64,000 nucleotides of DNA from positions 30,064-94,063 of the forward strand of contig JANRLV010000150.1 in assembly GCA_033762195.1 (NCBI GenBank), written 5' to 3'. Positions 1 to 8,495 of the stretch are shown piece after piece. The stretch is from Chitinophagaceae bacterium (lineage in GTDB: Bacteria; Bacteroidota; Bacteroidia; Chitinophagales; Chitinophagaceae). Below the pieces are notes generated by a model. That model was not told the origin of the DNA. It saw only the letters and a list, made by a program, of their open reading frames with translations, and searched no databases. Position numbers and translations under genes: made by a program. The stretch's first letter is position 1, and every line of letters starts with the position of its first letter.

Positions 1-1281
1 CTGGAGGGCGTGCCCGATGTAGCCTGGCCGGGTAAGATCAAGTATTATGCATTGAGTTCCGGCACCTCCGAGGCAGCCAGCAAATACATCCCTATTACCA
101 AAGAGCTGCTTCGCAGCAATACGATCAATTACCTCAAACAACTTTTTTCGCTTTTTGCTTACGATCACGTACCACGCAATGCCATGGCCAAGGGCTTTTT
201 GATGTTGGGGGGCGCAACTGACCTGAAGAAGGGAAAAGCGGGTTGGTATGCGGGTGACTTGAGCGGGATACTCGCAAAGAAAAGACCTTTCTGGTTTCAG
301 ACTTTTTACAAACCCGGAGGCCGGATCGCCGCGATTCAGGATTGGAACCAGAAATTGAATGAGATCGTAGAGCATGCCAAAGAATGGGATATCGGGTATA
401 TCGTGGGCGTGCCCGCCTGGTGCCAGATGTGTATGGAAATGGTGATTGAGCATTACAAAGTGAAAAATATCCATGAGATATGGCCCAATTTTTCCTTTTT
501 CGTACATGGAGGCGTGGCCTTTGAACCGTATAAAAAAGGGTTTGAAAAATTATTGGGCAAACCCATCATTTATATCGAGAACTATCTATCGAGCGAAGGC
601 TTTATCGGGTATAAACACCGTGAACACGCAAAAGGGATGCAGTTGATCCTTGATAATAATATCTTCTTTGAATTTGTGCCTTTTGATGAAAAAAACTTTG
701 ACGCCGAGTGTCAGATGGTGGACAAGCCTGAAGCGTTGATGATCCATGAAGTGGAAGAAGGAAAGGAATACGCCTTACTGATGAGCACAAATGCAGGGGC
801 CTGGCGTTACCTGCTTGGCGATACGATAAAATTTGTGGACCTGGAGAAGAATGAAGTGGTGATCACCGGCCGGACCAAACATTTCCTGAGCCTCGTTGGC
901 GAACACCTGAGTGTGGACAATATGAACAAAGCGATTCAACTGGTAAGCGAAGAGTTGAATATCTCCATACCTGAATACACGGTGGTAGGTATTCCACATG
1001 AAGGTTTCTTTGCCCACCGCTGGTATATTGGTTGTGATGACCGGGTGGATAGCGCCGATATAGCCAAACGCATTGATCAACACCTGCGCGTGCTGAATGA
1101 TGACTATGCCACAGAGCGGGATAGCGCGTTGAAAGAAGTATTTCTGGAAGTACTCCCCGAGCACCGGTTTATTGAGTTCATGGAACTTAAAGGCAAATTG
1201 GGAAGTCAACACAAGTTTCCCCGTGTGCTGAAAGGGAAAATGTTGGAGGATTGGGAGCTTTTTTTGAAGGCAAAGGGCTAA
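1..1281 (+). CDS. GH3-family (auxin-responsive-promoter-like) adenylating enzyme, 5'-partial
   Basis: The frame is open from the window edge (codons 1-9 are in frame with ORF 10..1281). It carries an 'ALSSGTSEAASKYIP' GH3-type nucleotide motif and has GH3-like length and architecture. Confidence 0.65.
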   Translation: MEGVPDVAWPGKIKYYALSSGTSEAASKYIPITKELLRSNTINYLKQLFSLFAYDHVPRNAMAKGFLMLGGATDLKKGKAGWYAGDLSGILAKKRPFWFQTFYKPGGRIAAIQDWNQKLNEIVEHAKEWDIGYIVGVPAWCQMCMEMVIEHYKVKNIHEIWPNFSFFVHGGVAFEPYKKGFEKLLGKPIIYIENYLSSEGFIGYKHREHAKGMQLILDNNIFFEFVPFDEKNFDAECQMVDKPEALMIHEVEEGKEYALLMSTNAGAWRYLLGDTIKFVDLEKNEVVITGRTKHFLSLVGEHLSVDNMNKAIQLVSEELNISIPEYTVVGIPHEGFFAHRWYIGCDDRVDSADIAKRIDQHLRVLNDDYATERDSALKEVFLEVLPEHRFIEFMELKGKLGSQHKFPRVLKGKMLEDWELFLKAKG

Positions 1282-1296
1282 ATAAATTAAAAAGCT

Positions 1297-1330
1297 TTTA
1301 GCCTTTAGCTATTAGCTATTCGTATTTTTT
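1297..1330 (+). terminator. Possible intrinsic terminator built from (TTAGCTA)x3 self-complementary heptamers followed by a T-run
   Basis: 'ttagcctttagctattagcta' is followed by 'cgtatttttt' directly after the GH3 stop. TAGCTA units are self-complementary, but the stem is short. Confidence 0.3.
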
Positions 1331-1357
1331 CAATAAATATAATAGCGAAAACTGTCA

Positions 1358-2086
1358 ATGACCACGAAAGGCCTCATCCCCCGAATCTGGCGTCTCACTA
1401 AAAGGATATTTCTCTTCCTGTTCATTTTTCAATTTGTATATATCCTGGCCCTGAAATGGATCGATCCCCCCATAACCATTACCCAATTCGTTTCGTGGAT
1501 AAAGGGTGATGGGCTGAAAAGGGATTATGTTGATAAAGAAGAAATCTCTGTATTTGCCCGCCTTGCTGTTATTGCGGCGGAGGACCAATTATTTCCCGAT
1601 CACAGTGGCTTTGACTGGAAGAGCATCAAAAAAGCGCAGGCCTATAACAAACGTAAACCCGGGCGTGTACATGGCGCCAGCACCATCAGTCAGCAAACAG
1701 CAAAGAATGTATTTCTGTGGCAAGGAAGGAGTTGGATTCGCAAGGGGCTTGAGACCTATTTTACCTTCATGATCGAACTGATCTGGGGAAAGAAACGCAT
1801 ACTGGAAGTGTACCTCAATGTGATAGAAATGGGGCGTGGTATTTATGGTATCCAGGCGGCGTCAAAATCTTATTTTAATAAACCGGCAGGAAGTTTATCC
1901 CGACAGGAAGCGGCGATGATCGCGGCCTGTCTGCCCAATCCAAAACTCTATCCGGTAAAACCCATGTCAAAGTATGTGGCCAGACGCTACCCGTTTGTAT
2001 TGGGGCAAATGCGCAACCTTGAAGGAGATGAAGACATTCAAGCCGTAGTTTCAAATAAATCAACTATTAAAGGGAAAAAAAAGTGA
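1358..2086 (+). CDS. mtgA: Monofunctional biosynthetic peptidoglycan transglycosylase
   Basis: GT51 motifs 'AAEDQLFPDHSGFDW' and 'GASTISQQTAKNVFLW' are present, with an N-terminal TM helix and a length of about 240 aa. Confidence 0.9.
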   Translation: MTTKGLIPRIWRLTKRIFLFLFIFQFVYILALKWIDPPITITQFVSWIKGDGLKRDYVDKEEISVFARLAVIAAEDQLFPDHSGFDWKSIKKAQAYNKRKPGRVHGASTISQQTAKNVFLWQGRSWIRKGLETYFTFMIELIWGKKRILEVYLNVIEMGRGIYGIQAASKSYFNKPAGSLSRQEAAMIAACLPNPKLYPVKPMSKYVARRYPFVLGQMRNLEGDEDIQAVVSNKSTIKGKKK

Positions 2087-2087
2087 C

Positions 2088-2771
2088 CTATCTGGCGTCC
2101 CCCGGCTGCCAGGTTGCAAACTTACTAAGAGCGCTGAGTGCACTATGGAAGCGATCGGATTCACTTCCACGAATTTCCACCCACGGCGTTTCCTGATTTA
2201 CCAATAGATCTTTATACATTTTATACAACCGCTCTCTTGATTCCAGGTCGGGGTATTCCCGCAATTCATCTTTCACCCAGGGAAGATCTGTTGCACAAAG
2301 CAGGTACAGATCATATTTACGTGAAGCGTTCTGTTCAAGGATATATTTATGGCATTTGTCAAAAACAAATTCACACCACACCTGCATTACGTACATGTTG
2401 GTGTCAAGGAAGAGGAGGGGTCCGGGGCCTGAGGTCCGGAGTCCGGAGTCGGAAGACGGGAGACCGGAGTCGGAAGACGGGAGTCCGGGGTTATACTTCG
2501 GACTCCCAACTTCGGACCCCGGACCCTGGACTCCCGACCCTCGACTCCCGACTCTCATAACATACTCTTCCTCCAGAGCCACCTGTCCTTTTGCGATCGT
2601 TAGCAGGTCATCATACGTGTAATTGGTGCCATGTTTGAGCAGGTATTCGCGCGCATATTCCGGGCACCACAGGGTATTGAAATGCGCAGCCAATTGCCGG
2701 CATAGGGTGCTTTTACCGGTTGATTCCGGTCCGATGATAACGATCTTTTTTATCGTTTTTTTCTCGCCCAT
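2088..2771 (-). CDS. NadR-type nicotinamide-riboside-kinase-like AAA ATPase carrying a ~45-aa low-complexity insertion
   Basis: Walker A 'IIGPESTGKSTL' and 'CPEYAREYL' are typical of the NadR C-terminal RNK domain. The gene sits in an operon with pnuC. Its central segment 'GSRGSGVQGPGSEVGSPKYNPGLPSSDSGLPSSDSGLRTSGPGP' is encoded by a palindromic repeat. Confidence 0.7.
   Translation of the reverse strand: MGEKKTIKKIVIIGPESTGKSTLCRQLAAHFNTLWCPEYAREYLLKHGTNYTYDDLLTIAKGQVALEEEYVMRVGSRGSGVQGPGSEVGSPKYNPGLPSSDSGLPSSDSGLRTSGPGPLLFLDTNMYVMQVWCEFVFDKCHKYILEQNASRKYDLYLLCATDLPWVKDELREYPDLESRERLYKMYKDLLVNQETPWVEIRGSESDRFHSALSALSKFATWQPGDAR
2411..2556. repeat. GC-rich imperfect palindromic repeat (GGAGTCCG/CGGACTCC family), copy A, inside a CDS
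   Basis: A 21-nt tandem duplication lies at 2443..2463 and 2464..2484. The central hairpin pairs 2479..2487 with 2499..2507. It shares the core 'acttcggactcc..gaccccgga' with the copies at 20885..20996 and 49282..49312. Confidence 0.8.
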
Positions 2772-3337
2772 GCCGGTTTTGCTTTGAGTACCTTTTTATG
2801 AATGGGACAATCTTCGGTATGAGCACCCGGGAGGTAGCCTGTACTCATCAAAAACTCATTGACGATTTCCCCACCGGTAAAGCGAAAGGTTTTCTTGAAA
2901 AGTTTGGTCCACTCGTCTTTGGTCAGCGGATGGTGATGATCGAGCCATTGCCGGAAACTGCCATGCTCTTTTTGAATACCCAGTATGGTCTTGGCGTTTT
3001 CAATCGCAGCCTGAATTTTGAGTCGGTTGCGAATAATGCCCGCGTCGCCCATGAGTCGGTTAAAATCCTTTTCCTTATAGGCTGCCACTTTTTTGATCTC
3101 GAATCCGTGATAGGCGGCGCGAAAATTTTCCTGTTTGTTGAGAATGGTGGTCCAGCTGAGTCCCGCCTGATTGATCTCGAGGATCAGCCGGCAAAACAGT
3201 TCATTGTCATCCGGAATGGGGAAACCATAGAATATATCATGGTACACGCGGTGTTGCTCCTGCTCACCGGGTTTCAGGTTTTGTATAAAGCTGCAATAAC
3301 TCATGCGTTGGTTGTTTCTTTGGCCATTTTCTTCCAT
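2750..3337 (-). CDS. tag: DNA-3-methyladenine glycosylase I
   Basis: 'LILEINQAGLSWTTILNKQENFRAAYHGF' is a Tag family signature. The protein is about 190 aa. Confidence 0.9.
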   Translation of the reverse strand: MEENGQRNNQRMSYCSFIQNLKPGEQEQHRVYHDIFYGFPIPDDNELFCRLILEINQAGLSWTTILNKQENFRAAYHGFEIKKVAAYKEKDFNRLMGDAGIIRNRLKIQAAIENAKTILGIQKEHGSFRQWLDHHHPLTKDEWTKLFKKTFRFTGGEIVNEFLMSTGYLPGAHTEDCPIHKKVLKAKPAWARKKR

Positions 3338-3930
3338 TCAACAAATCCCCACCAGGCCAGGGCAAGGAAGAGTACGTACATCAGCGAAAATAGCATCAGT
3401 TCCTTGTAAAAGTTGAGCGGGATGGCCACAATATTTGAAAAGATCCAGGCCAGCCAGTTCTCGATCTTGCGTTTGGCCATCCACCACATGGCGGTGATGG
3501 CTGAGGAGGAAACGAGGGAATCCAGTATAGGCGTATTGCTGTTGGTAAATTGGGTCAGTACAACATAAATAGCTACCCAGAAAAAGAGAAAGAACCCGAT
3601 CCCAAACCATAACTGGGGGCGCGTACACCAACTGATGGGATAGGTATAATGTGCCCCATCCTTCTTCTGGACCCAATTATACCATCCATAGACACTCATT
3701 AAAAAATAGTAGATATTCAGGGACGCATCGGCATAAAGCGCGGGGTTGACCATGAAGAAATAGACATAGGCCGCCAACAGTACCCCGATAATCCCGGTGG
3801 GGTAAACCAGTACATTGTTTTTACGGGCATACCACACACTGGCTATTTGCGCAATGGTGCTTACCCATTCCGGCCATTGGGTTTGGCGGACATTGGTGAG
3901 AAAGTGCTGGATTATTTCCTGGAAACTCAT
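3301..3930 (-). CDS. pnuC: Nicotinamide riboside transporter PnuC
   Basis: A multi-TM protein of about 210 aa, Trp-rich, with PnuC-like 'NWLAWIFSNIVAIPL'. It neighbours the RNK-like kinase. Confidence 0.85.
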   Translation of the reverse strand: MSFQEIIQHFLTNVRQTQWPEWVSTIAQIASVWYARKNNVLVYPTGIIGVLLAAYVYFFMVNPALYADASLNIYYFLMSVYGWYNWVQKKDGAHYTYPISWCTRPQLWFGIGFFLFFWVAIYVVLTQFTNSNTPILDSLVSSSAITAMWWMAKRKIENWLAWIFSNIVAIPLNFYKELMLFSLMYVLFLALAWWGFVEWKKMAKETTNA

Positions 3931-3948
3931 TATAAATTGGTAAACCTA

Positions 3949-4557
3949 CTAGTCTCTTTTATATCTCCTTAATGGCCGAAGGTATCTTGTTTTTTTGGAG
4001 GTAGAAAAACGTGTTGGAATAGTCTGCCACTGGCCACTGGCATCATTGCCCCACACTACGAAATGCAGGTGAGGGAAAGCGGTATACCCTGTGTTACCAC
4101 TCAAGCCAATGACCTGGCCTTGTTTTACCGTATCGCCCACATTGACCAGCACCCCGTCTTTTTTCAGGTGCCAGTACCCGGCCCTCGTTCCATCGTCGTG
4201 TTGAATGACAATATAATTGGCTTCGCGCCGGTATTTTGATTTGAGTCCGCCGCGGCTACCCGTTTCATTCATACGCACCACTACCCCACCCCGCGCGGCA
4301 CAGATCCGCGTACCTTTTTTCATTTTGAAATCAATGGCTACCCGGTTGCGATGGGTGTATGCGCTATAATAGCCTTGTACCACAAGATGCGATCGCCCGG
4401 CTTCGTAAGGGAGGGTGTAGATAAAGCTGGTATCTTCTTCGAGCTTTCCTTTTTGTAATAGTTTGGCGGTGCTTTTCTGGGCCTCCTTGTTCAGCGAGCA
4501 ATGACTGGCCAGCAATACCAATCCCGAGGCGATAAGAAGAAGTAGCAGCCTGTTCAT
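3949..4557 (-). CDS. M23 family metallopeptidase (secreted/lipoprotein)
   Basis: It has a signal peptide plus 'GYWHL' and 'GNTGYTAFPHLHF' LytM/M23 motifs. Confidence 0.8.
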   Translation of the reverse strand: MNRLLLLLIASGLVLLASHCSLNKEAQKSTAKLLQKGKLEEDTSFIYTLPYEAGRSHLVVQGYYSAYTHRNRVAIDFKMKKGTRICAARGGVVVRMNETGSRGGLKSKYRREANYIVIQHDDGTRAGYWHLKKDGVLVNVGDTVKQGQVIGLSGNTGYTAFPHLHFVVWGNDASGQWQTIPTRFSTSKKTRYLRPLRRYKRD

Positions 4558-4934
4558 TTTTCTTTTTGGCTTTCCTTTTTCATCAGTTCCCCATAGTCGA
4601 TCCCTGCTTCGGTCATCAATTCTAAACCATATTCACGCAGGAATTGAATGACGGTGATGGCCTTTTTTCCTTTTTCAGTCAACGCGTATTCTGTACGGGG
4701 AGGAACTTCGGCAAACACTTTTTTCAGTAAGAACCCATCCGTTTCAAGCTGCTTGAGGGCCTGTGTCAGCATTTTTTGACTGATATGTGGTATCTGGTTT
4801 TGTAATTCCGAGTACCGCAAGGAGCGGTCTTTAAGTCGCCAAAGCACCGGCATTTTCCAGGTACCGCCTATTTTTTTTAAGGCATAATCCACCGGATTAT
4901 AGAATATCTGCTTATCAATGATGACGTCAGGCAT
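4554..4934 (-). CDS. HxlR family transcriptional regulator
   Basis: 'WKMPVLWRL...LRYSELQNQIPHISQKMLTQALKQLETDGFL...VPPRTEYALTEKG' is a classic HxlR winged helix. Confidence 0.85.
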   Translation of the reverse strand: MPDVIIDKQIFYNPVDYALKKIGGTWKMPVLWRLKDRSLRYSELQNQIPHISQKMLTQALKQLETDGFLLKKVFAEVPPRTEYALTEKGKKAITVIQFLREYGLELMTEAGIDYGELMKKESQKEK

Positions 4935-5039
4935 AGCTTAAAATTACAAAGCACAGACCAAAAAGTTCGTAGCAGTCCTTTGTGTGCCTCTGGTAAGGAA
5001 TCAGGTACAAGGTTTGAATTTTACGGCAAAATACATACC

Positions 5040-6545
5040 ATGCAACGCATTTTATTATTATCCTTTCTTTTTATATCCCTTTCAGGTGCAGCGCAACATA
5101 ATGCCGGCAATAATGGCAAAGTGCTGATGATCGCGTCTAACCCTTCTGTTAGTCAACAAACAGGTTGGCCAATCGGGGTTTGGTTTGCCGAACTGGCTCA
5201 CCCCTATTGGGTTTTTAGCGAAGCCGGTTATACGGTAGATATTGCCAGTCCCGACGGAGGTGCCCTGATCTTTGACAGCTTTAGTGATCCCGAAGACGCC
5301 AGCGCCTATGCTGCCTTCGATTACATATCACTGGGGTTTAAGAAAGATCCGGCCAAGATGGCTATGGTTCAGCAAACCTTGAAATTATCTTCCGTGAACC
5401 CGGATGATTACAAGGCCATATTTGTTTGTGGTGGACAGGGGCCGATGTACACTTTTTTCAATAACCAACCACTCCATGATTTTTTTACCCGGTTCTATCT
5501 GACGGGCAAGCCCACGGCGGCCATTTGCCATGGAACCTGTATTCTCCTTAAAGCCAAATTACCCAATGGAAAATTCTTGGTTGAGGGTAAAAAATGGACA
5601 GGATTCTCCTCCTCCGAAGAGCAATATGCCGATAATTATGTAGGCAGGGCCATTCAACCATTTCGTATTGAAGATGAGGCACGCAAAATGCCGAATAGCC
5701 GGTATGTGACAGGTGCGCCCTTTTCAGCATTTGCTGTGCGCGACGGAAACCTTATCACGGGTCAACAACAGAATAGTGGTGCCGCTGCGGCCGAACTGGT
5801 TGTAAAAGCATTGGCGCAGGACAGGTCACGTTACCCCACCTATGTTTTGGTACATGGTGCCTGGGCCGATGAAAGTGCCTGGGGTGCCATTCGCAATCAA
5901 TTGGCCGTTCGGGCCAATGTGGAAGTGGTGAACCTGCCGGCACATGGTATTGATCTGCGTGATGGACGTAAGACCGGCCTGGCTGATTATGTAAAAACAG
6001 TAACCGAAGCTATCAACCGTCAACCCGGAAAAGTAATCCTGGTAGGTCATTCCATGGCCGGGATGATCATTTCACAGGTAGCCGACCGTCTGCCGCAGAA
6101 GATCGATAAGCTGGTATATGTCTCGGCTTATCTCCCGCGAAATGGTGAATCAGCCGCCGGAATCACCAATGCCTTTCTCAACAATCAGCCGATCGAAGCT
6201 TTTCAGTTCAATGAGGATTATTCGCTTGTCAGTATCAAAAAGGAAATGTTACCAACGGTGGTCTGTGCGGATTGCCCGGAAGAAATGAAACAGATACTCG
6301 TGAAATACCATAAAGCAGAACCTGTAAAGGGCTTGAATGATAAAGTGGTGCTGGGTACCAATTTTACGAAAGTGCCGAAATATTATATCAGCACAACTGA
6401 AGACTATGCTGTGCCTTACGCCTTGCAACAACAAATGATCAGGAAGAATGGTACAGTGAAAAAGGTGTATGAAATGAAGACCTCGCATTTACCCTTTGTG
6501 GTACAACCACAGGAGTTTCTGCGTATACTAACAACGCTGAAATGA
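5040..6545 (+). CDS. Secreted fusion protein: DJ-1/PfpI (type-1 glutamine-amidotransferase-like) domain plus alpha/beta hydrolase domain
   Basis: The likely start is the ATG at 5040 (signal peptide 'MQRILLLSFLFISLSGAAQ'). The N-terminal half has the DJ-1-like nucleophile elbow 'AAICHG'. The C-terminal half has 'VLVHGAW...' and 'VGHSMAG', a GxSxG hydrolase motif. Confidence 0.65.
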   Translation: MQRILLLSFLFISLSGAAQHNAGNNGKVLMIASNPSVSQQTGWPIGVWFAELAHPYWVFSEAGYTVDIASPDGGALIFDSFSDPEDASAYAAFDYISLGFKKDPAKMAMVQQTLKLSSVNPDDYKAIFVCGGQGPMYTFFNNQPLHDFFTRFYLTGKPTAAICHGTCILLKAKLPNGKFLVEGKKWTGFSSSEEQYADNYVGRAIQPFRIEDEARKMPNSRYVTGAPFSAFAVRDGNLITGQQQNSGAAAAELVVKALAQDRSRYPTYVLVHGAWADESAWGAIRNQLAVRANVEVVNLPAHGIDLRDGRKTGLADYVKTVTEAINRQPGKVILVGHSMAGMIISQVADRLPQKIDKLVYVSAYLPRNGESAAGITNAFLNNQPIEAFQFNEDYSLVSIKKEMLPTVVCADCPEEMKQILVKYHKAEPVKGLNDKVVLGTNFTKVPKYYISTTEDYAVPYALQQQMIRKNGTVKKVYEMKTSHLPFVVQPQEFLRILTTLK

Positions 6546-7309
6546 GAATCCTTTTGCTTTGTGTCTTGCTGCTCTTTAACTGCGCAGTTCTGGCACAGCT
6601 CAATGAGAGTGATACCCTTCGCTGGCAGTTCCGGTCAACCCTGACCGGAACTTTTCAGCAGGGGAATGTAGATCTGCTAGCGGCACGTTTGCGTGCTGAT
6701 CTCACAACGGGCGCTGTTCAGCATTGGGTGTATAAAACGCAGAACGCCGGACTTTACCAGGCATTTTATAAAAAAAAGGCCGACCTCGATCTGTTTAGCC
6801 GTCACTATATCTACTACAAACCGTTTCGCAGGGCCTATCCCTTTGGGCTGTTTTATCTTTCCACCAATTACAGACGCAAGATAAATGGACGTTATTTTTT
6901 GGGAGGGGGTTATACGGTACAGTTGATGAAACAAGGGGGATCTATCATAAAACTATCGGGTTCTCTTGTGTATGAGCAAACCCGGTTTGCCGGCAAACAA
7001 TTCAACCGACCGGAATGGAATAATACCTCTTTATTATCTCTCTGGAGGGCTACGGTATATTCCAGTGGATCTTTTCACCTCAGCCAAAATAGGTGGCGCA
7101 TCTATTATGAATTCTTTTTTCAGCCCGGTCTTAGTGAGAAACGGAACCATCGCTGGCAGGCAGATTCAGGTATTGAGTTCCCTCTGCGAAAGGGGTTCTC
7201 TTTTAATTTGAATTACCTGTTATCCTATGAGGACGTGGTCATTACCGGTGTTCGTCAACGTGATGCGCTCCTGAGTTTTGGCGTGGGCTATCAGGTGAGG
7301 CATAAGTAA
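6542..7309 (+). CDS. Putative outer-membrane beta-barrel protein (DUF481-like)
   Basis: It has a signal peptide, alternating aromatic/hydrophilic beta-strand patterning and a C-terminal aromatic-rich strand. The family assignment is tentative. Confidence 0.4.
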   Translation: MRILLLCVLLLFNCAVLAQLNESDTLRWQFRSTLTGTFQQGNVDLLAARLRADLTTGAVQHWVYKTQNAGLYQAFYKKKADLDLFSRHYIYYKPFRRAYPFGLFYLSTNYRRKINGRYFLGGGYTVQLMKQGGSIIKLSGSLVYEQTRFAGKQFNRPEWNNTSLLSLWRATVYSSGSFHLSQNRWRIYYEFFFQPGLSEKRNHRWQADSGIEFPLRKGFSFNLNYLLSYEDVVITGVRQRDALLSFGVGYQVRHK

Positions 7310-7370
7310 AGAAATTCGGATCTTATTTTTTATTTGAAATAATTCCTCCCACAGCGGAACTTTGTGGGTT

Positions 7371-8441
7371 ATGAAGCTTGCTGTACTTGGCGCAGGTATG
7401 GTAGGGCGAGCGATAGCCCTTGACCTGGCCACCACACATGAGATCACATCCTTTGATCAGAATGCAGAAAACCTTTCCATTCTCTCCCGAAGGGATTCGC
7501 GTATTCGGACACGTAAAGAAGACCTGACCCGTTATGATTCCTATCCGGAATGGTTAAGCGAATTTGACCTGGTGCTGACGGCGGTTCCCGGGTTCATGGG
7601 ATATCGAACGCTGGAAGCTGTGATCAAGGCAGGAAAATCGGTGGCCGATATTTCGTTCTTTCCCGAAGACGCACTTCAACTCGACGCCCTTGCCAAAGAA
7701 AAAGGAGTTACCGTGGTAACGGATGTGGGTGTGGCTCCCGGCATGAGCAACTTGATATTAGGACGGTACAATGAAGAAATGCGGGTCACCAATTTTGAAT
7801 GTTATGTGGGAGGCTTGCCTGCCAATCCACACCCCCCTTATTTTTATAAAGCGCCTTTTTCTCCTATTGATGTCATTGAGGAATATATTCGACCGGCACG
7901 ATTGAAAGAGAAAGGGAAGATCGTGGAAAAACCAGCCTTGACCGAGCGCGAGCTGATTGAATTTGATGAGGTGGGTACCCTGGAAGCATTTAATACCGAC
8001 GGGCTCCGCAGTCTTCTGTTTACCATGCCTCATATACCCGATATGAAAGAGAAGACCATGCGGTTTCCCGGTCATATCGACCTGATCCTGTCATTAAAAG
8101 AAGCCGGTTTTTTTGATACCAAAAAAATAATGGTACAGGGAAAAGAGATATCACCCCTGGAATTTACCTCGCGCATGCTGATCGACGATTGGAAACTGGG
8201 TGAGGAAGAACAGGAGTTTACCGTGATGCGCGTGATCGTAGAAGGAGAAAAAGAAGGGACAAAGAAAAGAATCGAATACAATTTACTTGACAGGTACGAT
8301 CCGGTTTCCCGCTTGTCTTCAATGGCGCGTACTACGGGTTATACCTGTACCGCGGCTGCGCATTTGATACTACAGGGTTTGTTTGTGGAAAAAAGGCGTT
8401 TTTCCACCCGAGTTTGTAGGAAAGAGCAGGGTTTGTTTTGA
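7371..8441 (+). CDS. Saccharopine dehydrogenase family oxidoreductase (3' end apparently frameshifted)
   Basis: It has the Rossmann motif 'KLAVLGAGMVGRAIALDL' and a saccharopine-dehydrogenase-like C-terminal domain. The conserved-looking C-terminus continues in the +1 frame to 8493 (see findings). Confidence 0.8.
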   Translation: MKLAVLGAGMVGRAIALDLATTHEITSFDQNAENLSILSRRDSRIRTRKEDLTRYDSYPEWLSEFDLVLTAVPGFMGYRTLEAVIKAGKSVADISFFPEDALQLDALAKEKGVTVVTDVGVAPGMSNLILGRYNEEMRVTNFECYVGGLPANPHPPYFYKAPFSPIDVIEEYIRPARLKEKGKIVEKPALTERELIEFDEVGTLEAFNTDGLRSLLFTMPHIPDMKEKTMRFPGHIDLILSLKEAGFFDTKKIMVQGKEISPLEFTSRMLIDDWKLGEEEQEFTVMRVIVEGEKEGTKKRIEYNLLDRYDPVSRLSSMARTTGYTCTAAAHLILQGLFVEKRRFSTRVCRKEQGLF

Positions 8442-8495
8442 AAAAATTATGGACTACCTCAAGGAGAGGGGTGTGCATTGGAGGTTGAGCTAATT

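Noticed and set aside
3931-3948. NAD+/pnuC-type riboswitch upstream of pnuC
   Set aside because: Only 18 nt separate pnuC from the preceding gene, which leaves no room for a structured leader.
4980-5039. Alternative upstream start of the DJ-1/hydrolase fusion
   Set aside because: The Met at 5040 is followed directly by a canonical signal peptide. The 20 upstream codons start from a non-ATG codon and are not hydrophobic.
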